From assembly GCA_977030845.1 (NCBI GenBank), contig OZ365112.1, positions 17,112,001-17,176,000 on the forward strand: a DNA stretch of 64,000 bases. Reading direction: 5' to 3'. Positions 54,301-64,000 of this stretch are shown here, one piece after another. Every line of letters begins with the position of its first letter. Within the stretch, counting starts at the first letter, position 1. The notes beneath the pieces were generated by a model that had not been told where the DNA came from, searched no databases, and was given only the letters and a program-made list of their open reading frames with translations. The stretch comes from Fimbriosthenelais zetlandica (Eukaryota). Position numbers and translations under genes: made by a program.

Positions 54301-57300
54301 TCGATCCCTAAATAAATTGTCACCTTCTTCAAATACCCTAAATCAGTAATACCTGTCAGAAGCGGTACCGATAAGATAAAGGCTGCTCCAAACATAAAAA
54401 TTACATTTTTTCAATTAAAAACCTTCACTGAGTCAAATTGAGTACTGTACCTCTATGCTGTTTGAGCATCCCTGGGGGAAGCAAATTAATGCTGGGGCAT
54501 ATTACATAATCTAATATAGGATAACACTTCAATAGACAAAAACAACATAATCATCTAGTCAGGAACATTTCCACCTTTTAGTGTTGACATCATACATGAA
54601 AAACATGATCGTTACCTCAGCAAAGACTCCACGGAAGAACTTTGAAAGTAGTTCCTTCCTCTTGGTTTTGGTGATAGCTCGGTCAAAGATGTAGCGTTCT
54701 CTACACTCATGTCTGGTGACATCCTTCTGAGCCGTCTCCAGCACACACTGTAGGGCAGAATGGAAACGATTCCTGCTCTGCTCAGTGCGGAACCTCAGAA
54801 CCTAGAATAGGAGTGATCCATACAATGCAATGTAAGAAATCTATATATTATTATGACGGGGGAATTCTGAGTTATTATGAACAACAGACCCTCCCCATGA
54901 CGTTTCATACACTTCCGGGTCAGTACTGACGTCACTTCCAGTTTTAGGATAAGGTTGAGGAGAAGGTTGACTTACCAGGTCATACTCTTTTGGAATGTGT
55001 AGCATAAGGAGGTTGCGGCGGGTGTCATTGTTGGTGTAGAATGTAACCCTCTCCATCCTCATGAAGTCTACTGTTCTCAGAGTTTTACCTTTGTCTGAGA
55101 GCAGGGTCAATGCTGCTTGTTCCTCGTCCAGTTCAAGCTCTACATGTCTCTGAGGTTCAGTCTTTCCTGACCACTCCCACGCTGAAATATTGCTAAAATA
55201 TCAGTGGGAGAATCGGGGCCCAGAGAAGGGCACATTTAATTGAAGGAGTACAACTCTTGCTATGGAATACAGTTTAGTCATATACATGTATATACATATA
55301 CCTCTTGGCGGATGACTTCCAGAGTTGTTGCTTCGTGTTGAACTGATATCAGATGTTGCAAGAGAATTCCGACGTCCTGAGATGCTGCCTTCCCCAGATA
55401 CACCAGTCATTCCAATAACAACTGCCTCTTTACGGGTGCTTTTAGATCGGTAGTTATAAACAGCCATTTTGATTTTGTATATGATATAGGCTCCAAGGAT
55501 ACATACTAGACGAAAAAAAATAAAATAGCTATAGGCCTACACAGACTTTTCAACAATCATTAAGATGAAAATGAATAGCAGGGAGTTACTTACCAAAGGG
55601 AAATATGCCGATGGAGGTGAAGGCAGTGATATATGGGATCTCACTACCAGTGAAGTAGTCATAGCCTTGATGAGGGGTGCACTCCTCTAAATCCTCCTCC
55701 ACCAGTTGTTTGGGCTGCTGACATGGATCTCCTGATTTGTGATAATGTTTACAAGAGTGTCAAGAGGTATTTTCGAGCAAAATATGTTGCTTAAACTGAT
55801 CAAAATCGATGGCTAACAAGAGCATTTATTATGCAAACTCAAACAGAATTCTCACCATTATTCCAGACAAAAATATTAGATTGGACATCAATATCTCTTA
55901 TTTTGGTCACAGCTTTAAGGACATCGATTAGTTTCGTACTTCGTATCTCTTTCATTTCATCATCACTGAACAACCTGTGAGATAAATGTGTTGTTCATGT
56001 AGTATGAGCTTGAAAAAAAGATGAAATAGCCTACAAATAGTTAAAATTGTCACGGAAATCCCATGCTGAATGGTCATCTACTGAGAATCTTACCCATGAA
56101 GCTTATTCTCAAACCAGTATCTGTCAGCATCACGGATCCGTAGAAATTGGTCCTTGATCACGTGACGGAAGAGAGGCCCAGGACCGGAAGGTGTGAACTC
56201 CATGAGACCTGCTGGGAAGACGTCAATGTCATCAAGATGGCGGTACGTCTTCATCAACCGATAAACCTCCTGCATTTTGAATGAAAGATACTGTAAATAC
56301 AGCATATATATAGGAATCCCGAAAGGCATTTATGAGAACTTTGATGTAAAAACAAAGTCAATCGATTAGGATTGATCGTAGATCTTGGAATCTTTTGTTA
56401 TAGCCTATTGTTCATATGACTTGGATTGGTATCTTGACACAAATTTGAGATATGAATTTAAGACACTGTTCATAGATCGTATATGGAATGAAAGAAAGTG
56501 TGTAGGCCTAAGGAATAGCAAGGAAGATAATATCTGACTCATATTTTGTACGTCAAAAGGGAAGATGTGGAAAAGCCAAGCAGTAGGAAAAGGTGTCTTT
56601 TAGAAGGTTGGAGAAGGCGGACTCAAGGGCAAGGAGACCCATGTATGTTTTAAGTGATCCAACAAAAGCTAAACCTCCTGTATTAGGGAGTAAGTGAGGT
56701 GACTGGGTGTAGAAGCCTGTAGTATCTACAGAGATAGAAAGACCTTACCATAGTTTCATTTACTTTAGTATCATTCAGTCCATCCTATACACAGATAAAA
56801 TACAGATTCTACATGAGAAACTATCACCAAATGTCAACTACCATACTAAACATAATGCCAGGGACAATCTACTGATCAACACGATGACTGAAAATTCAGG
56901 ATCAACACCCAAGGCCCATAATAATTTAAGACAATGATACTGTTAATGTAATAATATACAAATAGTATCATTATCATAGAGATTGAACTATTTAGATGGA
57001 GATTTTAATATCTCACCTCTTTCCTTCGACTGTAGAGCCAAGGATTGATCTCTTGCCACTGTTCAATTCGCGGGAGACCGAGTGCTTCCCTAACGGTATT
57101 ATAGTCAGGCAGTCCATGATCCCGACCACGCATCAATGTCATCACAGCCAGGTCATGTCGAGAATAATGGAGAGGACCAAAGGCCTTACCTGCAATTATA
57201 CGATTGTGAAATATTTGATCCCATTGAATTCTCTTGCATATCAAGTGGAATGGAGACAATCATAATGGCTGTGACAGTTAATTATGCTATACTCACCTCT

Positions 57301-60178
57301 AAGATCACTGACGAGGATGTTGTCTTCCCGTTCAGCCACCTGGGATGTCATACCCATCAGTATTTCCTCCAAACTGTATGTCTCCAAAAGTTCCTAGAAC
57401 AGATTTGAAAAATTATTTATGGTTTTTAGATAGGAGACCTAGGCCTATGTCATTCATCGTCAATTTTTGAGAGATTTTTTTATTCTCCACATTCTGACAA
57501 ATATACCCAAAATATAAGATGTGATAATGATTCTATACCTGTGAACGCCAATATATGTTGCACATGCGCAGTCCTTTCTTATCTCCAAATCTCCTGTATC
57601 TACAAGTGGCGTCCCTGTAAATGACAAAGTCTGGATTATTGATATATAATAACCTCCTTTTTTTCTACAAAACTTCTTCTTCCTCCTCCACCTCCACTTC
57701 TTCTTCTTCTTTCACTTCTTTTTCTATCTTTCTTCATCCACATCCAAGGAAGGCATACAGATCTCCGTCATATAAAGACGGAGTGGACATAACAATACTG
57801 ACCCGTCTCTACATGACGCATAATAAACACTCATCATGTCAATGACATTACCATAATATAACATGTGTAATTCTATTCAAGGCACAGAACCAGACCCAAA
57901 AATTTATCTATTGAGTATTGGGTGAGAACAAATTCATATATCTAAACATGAAGACAATATTAGGTTCCAATAGTTTGCATTGATGACAACCAATAGTTTT
58001 GGAGATTGAACAAGTCTTGTTTAAATGACAATTAACATTTGATGGGCCCATATACCTGAGATAAAGACCAGGCGGTACCATGGTGTGACCAAAACGGAAG
58101 GCTGCAGCCTCAAACAATGCACTGATGCCCGGTTGTATGTGACTTTTGTAACCTGTTAACAACAGTCAATCCATCATTTTAACACGGTGAATACTAATAG
58201 AGATTACATCTCAACTAGAACTACGGGTTACAATTGTGAAATGGATCAATTTAAACCTTTAAGTATAATGTAAATAAACTAGTAAAGAACTCCATAGTAA
58301 CTATCAAATAGTAAATATACCTACCAGTATATTCTGGCACGCTCTCGTGGAGCAGTTGAGGAAGCCACTCGTAGAATATAATATTCTGTTAAAGTAGACA
58401 ATGTCCATTAACAAATTTAGATGTTACCTGAATTACATTTGTTTTAATATTGTCATACAATTGTTATAGTTTGTACTATAGACGGTACCTACCTGTAGAA
58501 TGGCGACAACTTTGCGCCTTGCTTTCCTGAATATTTTCTCATCCCGCCAATCAGGATGCTTCTTCTGGATGCTACGAGCTACATGATTATGGTAGCGGAA
58601 CCAGACAAGTGCAAGAGCAGCAAGACCAGGACTCTGATGGGTGTGCTTGTCACCGAACACTAAAAGTGAATGAGACAATAGTAATTCATTCATGTCATAA
58701 CTGTCACAGTGAAAACGATAACAGTGACAGTGTTCATGAACAAGGTTGTATCTACTCACTCCACAGTTTGGTAGGATCAGCAAGCTTATGTTTTGTTGGA
58801 CTTGGGAAGTTGTCAAGAGGAAGTCCTATTTTGTTGATAGCAGGGAAGTCCTTAGTGGAGTTCAGAGTGAGTAGTTGACCTCCAGTAAATGAGCGCAGGC
58901 AGTTAGCCCAGACTTCACTATGACCATAAATGAAGTTTCCATCAATCCAGGCTGTTACTGCATTGATCTGAAGGGGAAATAGATCAAGAACATAACTAGG
59001 TTGTAGTAGATGACTTCCTTATCTTAAATATCAAGATATTGCTCATGTTTGAACTATAAAGTTACTTACTGGTTTTCTGGGGTTATTAGGGGACTGTCCT
59101 GACTTTTTATTGTACCCAGACCGAATGAACGGCATGTTGGGACCAGAGCTGTTCCCGAAATCGGGGTCACCTTCTGGTATATCGACTTTGAGCAGTTCTA
59201 CAGGACAGTTGGAGTCCGAGGCATGAACAAGCTCATAGGCAATCAGTTGACCTGAAGTCAGGAAGGTTATAATGAGTTTTATGCAAGAATATACTTCACT
59301 ATAAATATCGCAGATAAAAAAAAACAGATAAAACTTACCAAAGAAGACAAACATAGTAGTTTTGTTCCTGTATGAAGGGATACCACTGGGTCCACTGAAA
59401 ACTTGATTGCTGATAAACCGTGGGTTTGGTCGATCAGTACCAGATGGCTGGTAAGTCATATCACTGTAGGCTGGAGGAACTCTGTACAAAATCTCTTCTC
59501 CTACATAGAGATGACAAGTTGTAAACATTTAATTAAAATATGACACAATAATATCTAGGCAATATAGTAAAGGACACTATGGTAGTTTGATTGTATAAAA
59601 CTTACCAGAAGAACCCCAACTTGGGTTTGCCAAATTGTTGTACCAACCGTCATAACGCTGCCGTGAATAGCCACCACCTGTGAATAAATTAATTTTCCCT
59701 TGACCAGTTAAATATGTGATAAGCATGTGTTCCGGAATTGATACATGATACATAGCAGGTGAATATCTTCATCCATATTCGGATCATGATTATTCTGACC
59801 TCACTGCCATGAGAGACTGCCTATAGTGTGCTTGGTTTTCTGTGATGAGTTATGAAGAAAAGGGGCAACGACAGAACGACTAAAAGCATTGGTGATATTG
59901 CTACTTACCAGCAGTTCCCCAACCAGGATTAGCTAAATTATTGTACCATCCATCATAGCGTTGACGAGAAAACGATTCAACTGAAAAATAAAGGTAATAA
60001 CAGACTATCATCAGACAGATGGCTTTAGAGGAAACAAGACAAAAGAATTGGCATGGTTAACACGAGACTTTTAATAGAAAACTTAGAGAATTAAAAGCAT
60101 TTAAATGAAGTACTCACCAATGAAAGTGTTAAGAATAATGAGGATGGTGGCCGGGAGGACGGTAGTTAGTGAACCCAT
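45857..60178 (-). CDS. Duox: Dual oxidase, full gene (signal peptide, peroxidase-homology domain, TM, EF-hands, NOX core); about 1552 aa with either 3' module
   Basis: Hand-assembled with phase-consistent GT-AG junctions: 23 shared exons (3202 nt using one 72-nt exon) plus 9 module exons (1457 nt) give 4659 nt. Diagnostic motifs: [86 protein letters not shown]. Confidence 0.96.
48524..48529 (-). terminator. Candidate polyadenylation signal for the module-1 isoform
   Basis: First canonical AATAAA I found on the minus strand after the module-1 stop (about 835 nt downstream). It lies about 140 nt before the module-2 acceptor. Confidence 0.45.
49364..52072 (-). CDS. Duox: Duox NADPH-oxidase module 1 (proximal 3' cassette, 9 exons, 485 aa)
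   Basis: Exons 51751-52072, 51498-51547, 51019-51169, 50780-50910, 50380-50609, 50116-50280, 49846-50001, 49576-49704, 49364-49486 (TGA). The four heme histidines and the FAD and NADPH motifs are intact; ends HHFENF*. Confidence 0.93.
52577..55505 (-). CDS. Duox: Duox cytosolic linker, EF-hands and first TM of the NOX domain (last shared exons)
   Basis: Exons 55302-55505, 54976-55181, 54616-54801, 53856-53939, 53606-53741, 53401-53494, 53101-53276, 52886-53006, 52577-52782. The last ends ERFY-A|gtgagt (phase 1). The 52886 donor (gtcagt) is the least certain junction. Confidence 0.9.
55594..59500 (-). CDS. Duox: Duox peroxidase-homology domain exons and start of first TM helix
   Basis: Exons 59339-59500, 59070-59251, 58760-58967, 58493-58659, 58325-58385, 58056-58152, 57539-57614, 57297-57393, 57017-57189, 56094-56269, 55856-55974, 55594-55731. 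All are in frame with canonical splice sites. Confidence 0.93.
57655..57740. repeat. Intronic (CTT/CCT)n low-complexity tract
   Basis: Pyrimidine-rich trinucleotide-like repeat inside a Duox intron. Confidence 0.75.
59606..59677 (-). CDS. Duox: Duox 72-nt exon, copy B ([24 protein letters not shown])
   Basis: cag acceptor, gtaagt donor, phase 1-1; paralogous to copy A and the same length. Confidence 0.9.
59909..59980 (-). CDS. Duox: Duox 72-nt exon, copy A ([24 protein letters not shown])
   Basis: cag acceptor, gtaagt donor, phase 1-1; encodes the conserved start of the peroxidase-homology domain. Confidence 0.9.
60118..60178 (-). CDS. Duox: Duox signal-peptide exon ([20 protein letters not shown])
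   Basis: An ATG and a hydrophobic stretch end at a phase-1 donor G|gtgagt that fits the next exons. An in-frame upstream ATG at 60337 makes the true start ambiguous. Confidence 0.7.
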
Positions 60179-63100
60179 GACGTCTCTGGTACAGTTATCA
60201 GTGGTGGGGCATGCAGACACGTACTGCCAGAGGTGCACACCGCCTGAAAGACCAATGGTAGGCTGATAAAAAGGCAATGCCTTACTGAACCTGAGCGGGC
60301 AGAAGAGCTCCTGATATGATCTTCCTTCGTTTAACATAATACCCTAAACAATGCGAGCTACAACTCTTCTTTTTCTGGAATGGTTAGATGCACAGTACAC
60401 TTCCTTCACAAAGAATTAATTGCCTAGAACCATCTCCAAAAACACAAAAAAGACATTAAGTATGATGGCTCTGCTACAAGTTTCCATTGCCTAATTGTTC
60501 CCATAATGACTGGAAAGTTTTCAAAACAAGAAAGAAATAATATGAGGACAGAAGCGAACATTATCCTTCAGGGACCTTTGTACTCTTCAATACCTACAAT
60601 TATGAGCAAATTGACTGCTTCAAAGGATTCCCTTTTGTTTTTCAACCATTCGTGAAGTGCAATATTTATAGTTTTATTTGTGAATAATAACCTTTCTACA
60701 TATCTCAGGGAAGACCAAATATTATACTCTCAACTGTTTATGAATGGTCGCTGCATTCTAAGGTCATGAATAGCAAAAAGCGAAGTAAATGGTGGGAAAA
60801 AATCCCAGGCCACTATTTGTTATTGTCTTTACCAGCTTTTCCCCGGGTAGAGTAAATCTATGTAGCGGTTTGAGCATTCAGTCCACAGGGTGCCTATCAA
60901 CACTTCGGTTCGCCATTGTTCATTGAAAATGTTTTATATCGTTGTGGACTTTTGCCAAAGATGTATCAAAGCTTATAGCATAAATCAGACGTACGATTAT
61001 CCACGTCGTGGTTTTATACCTAAAGGTAAGAAATGGTGGGAATGTTGCATATGTATGGCACTGGGCACTTGTGGAGGCAAACGGATAATATACGTCAGGT
61101 AAACAGTAGGAAATTCCAAAAACACACAATACAATGCATTCATGTCCTACAAGCCCTTTTGGGAATTGATGGTAGGTATATTACCATAGAGCACTACTTT
61201 CTTGGAATCGACATGTGCCTCAATGTACTGGGGCAGTCTGAACCACCTGAAGACATTCTTCCTTATACATAATTACATAAACAGGTAATTACCTAAGTAT
61301 AATAATTATGATTTGTTATAAAATGAATAAAGTGATATGTAAATGTTAGACACTTATATAGAATGCATAATCGGATTGAAGAATAAAACATAACATTTTA
61401 AGAAATGAAGGGCTTGTTTCCTAAGAAACAGATGCAACATTATTAGTTTAGCACATCTTTAATTGAAACAGGCCCCAGCGTCGACCAAATTTAAAAAGCC
61501 TTATGTTTGCCTTTAGGTTTACATCTAAACTTATATTGAGCTACATGTTCACTTTCATCTTAGACATCTTGACCTTCATTGTTTGATTCTAGCTTAAGTA
61601 TAGGTACCTTTACTTTTGTTAAAAGAAGAGCGTTTTCCTAAAGTGATATATTTAAAAACATCGCATTTGAAGTACAATAACTGAAAATTAGTAAAATAAT
61701 CATCAACCATTCCTCCATAATCATCCTTTATATGCATGAGAGAATTCAGAATGGAGACTTTCCAGTAATCATACACTCCATTAACCAACATAGTGACATA
61801 TACACGAAACAAAAATTTAGTAAATCGCAGACTAATTCATGAATTGCATTTTCGACGTTTCAGAGACTTGGCAACCTTCAAAAGAAATGAAATACATCGT
61901 TACCTTATTACCCTGAATATGGTTGAGTTTCAGGTTGAAAAATCGGGGAAAATCATGCAATTCCTCATTGCGGTGCCAAAGGCAATGGAACATTAAACCA
62001 GATTCCTTACAACAAGTTTCCCAATTTTCCTTAAAGACAGATAAAAACATTCATTTTCACCGGAGGACCTGGCAATGACACATCACAAAAGTATGGGTTG
62101 GATCAGAGGAAAGGACATTATTGACCTTTCCACGAATTTAATTTAAAGGCAAAATCTTCAAGACGCTTGCTTCACGTCTATCTATGACCTTTGGTGTCTA
62201 TTGCTAAGGACTAAATGTCACACATAATATCCAACACCTGCATCCCTTCGATTTGGTCAAAATTGACAAAAACATTCAAGTATTCTCCTACACAAATTTC
62301 ACTGTCAGAAGATAAGATATTTCACTTTCTTCAAATATACTCAAGCAATTACATTCTGCATCACATAATAGTTTTATCAATCATATATTGGGGATTATTG
62401 TAATAGGAGATATGAAGGTGAGGCGTGGGTTGTAAAAGCCCCATGTGAAAAGCTCACACCCTATAGCTCATATGAGTGTATTGTACATATTTTCTTTCCT
62501 CCTAGCCAAAAGTTTTATGGTCTTATGAGAAGTGGCCGATGTTATGGGTCATCATATACAAAGGTAGCAGGTCACACTTAGCAACCTCTCCTCACTGTAT
62601 TATTCTCTCCATGACCAGAGGATCCATTGAAAATGAAATCTATTTTTTCCAAATCAGATCCAATTTGGGCAACAAGTTTTTTAAAAACTTTTCACAAGTG
62701 CAACTGGTAGAGCAACATATTAAAACCTTTTGTAGACTATGGCACTTAGTTATTGAATGTTTTATATTGAAATATTAATACAAAATTTGCTAACCCACCT
62801 TAAGATTTCTTGAGGATACTGCTGGGGAAGTGCTCCTCCACTTTTAAAGTAATATATCTATTCCTTATATGATTGCCATCTGGAAGACACATTATTTCAA
62901 GAGTCAATCCCGTCATTCAGTGAGCCGGAAATGAAAGACAGAGCGCATGCGTGCTGGTGTATATGCTCAGAGGCAGGTATAGTAAGGACTTAGGGGGAGG
63001 GGACATGAGAGAGGAAAGAAGGTATAGATGGGTGTTCCTAGTGCACTTCACAGACCAGAGCCAGTGGCTACACAGTCTAGGCGGCGAAACAGTTACCTAT

Positions 63101-64000
63101 TGGCCACTCAGAATGAGCGCCACAGGAGGAAATTATGAGATCCAAATATAAAAAAAAATAATATAGCCAGGATTGCCAACCACAACATACCAGTCATGGT
63201 CAGTGGATGAATGTGCACAAGAGATTGAGAGGTCCAATATATGATAATGTTAACTGCGCGTGGCCATACCTGGCCTCGCTGGCCCTAGGCTACTCCAGTC
63301 CAGTCACCTTAGTATGGTAGTCTGAAAGCCCTGGAGGCATCCGATTCAACCTCTGGCGTTCACATTGTGGGCTACACGAATATCATACCATCTCTCCTCC
63401 CTTCTCTATACATACATAGATGAACACCACAGATTCGACTCGGTTCATAGTCATCCTTTCATAATACAGAGAGTACGATGCCAAGGTTTCTCTATGGTTA
63501 TAATGCGGCCACCAACTAAGGTTATGAACCTGAAGGGTTTCCCCATTTATGTGTCACCTCAGTAACAAATTAGTCCTTCCTAAAAAACCAGTCCAACGAC
63601 TTTTATGAAAATATCCAATCTAAAATATTCGATAATGTACATCTATAGGTAATAATAAATATTCCATGTTTGATTCATTAAAATATTACTTCTTGAACAG
63701 TGAACTCTAAGATTATACATGATGGTCTGGGCCCATAAAGGTTCCAGTGCCGATTTCTTAATTGTTATACCTAAAGCCTTGGGACAAATCTTCGATGCAG
63801 AATTAGATTGGTTTCCATGTAAAGATGCGAGTAACAATAGATTACCCTTGGGCAACCCCACTGGAATAACCCCTTACAGGGATAATAATCACATTAAGTT
63901 TGGAAAAGATGTAATCAGTTTTGATCATCTAAATTACACTGTCTCACATCAAGAAAAAGAAATAAAACTCTTTTCATCCTTAAAATGTCCACATTTTCCA

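Noticed and set aside
57621-57845. Ser-rich ORF, and a Glu-rich minus-strand frame aligned with the next Duox exon
   Set aside because: Products of a CTT/CCT simple repeat; the minus-strand frame hits TAG before the exon.
58689-58740. Imperfect intronic hairpin (actgtcac...gtgacagt)
   Set aside because: Only 8+6 bp in AT-rich DNA, within chance expectation.
45854-58878. Plus-strand ORFs overlapping Duox exons (45854, 49807, 51735, 53248, 56996, 57136, 58609)
   Set aside because: Antisense shadows with no recognisable protein features.
59820-59890. Hydrophobic [14 protein letters not shown] stretch between the duplicated 72-nt exons as a second signal-peptide exon
   Set aside because: It ends in a stop with no usable donor and has no similarity to the real signal exon.
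63280-63370. tRNA or SINE-like B-box similarity
   Set aside because: No cloverleaf, A-box or tail could be built.
60400-64000. DUOXA maturation factor or another gene upstream of Duox (ORFs 61594-61812, 61832-62050 and others)
   Set aside because: No recognisable motifs or consistent exon structure.
1-64000. CRISPR arrays, rRNA, tRNA, prokaryotic operons
   Set aside because: The DNA is eukaryotic and intron-containing; no regularly spaced repeat-spacer array or structural RNA was seen.

Overview
This is AT-rich genomic DNA from an invertebrate animal with GT-AG introns; the taxon cannot be fixed from the sequence alone. There are two protein-coding genes, both on the minus strand. (1) engrailed exon 1 (14936-16304) carries the EH1 and EH2 motifs and the conserved phase-1 intron. 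I did not find the homeobox exon, so the intron is probably over 14.9 kb and runs off the left edge. About 29.5 kb of non-coding DNA upstream holds motif-dense CpG-rich blocks and old LINE/MITE debris. (2) A complete dual oxidase (Duox, about 1552 aa) spans 60178 to 45857. Its whole 9-exon NADPH-oxidase module (transmembrane helices, FAD and NADPH domains, stop codon, candidate polyA signal) is present twice in tandem. Both copies are intact, about 81% identical in protein, have identical exon sizes, and open with a phase-1 acceptor that fits the same shared donor. One gene can therefore probably encode two Duox enzymes with swappable catalytic cores. A 72-nt N-terminal exon is also duplicated, with a pattern of purifying selection on both copies. 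All exon boundaries were read by hand; nothing was checked against databases or RNA data.
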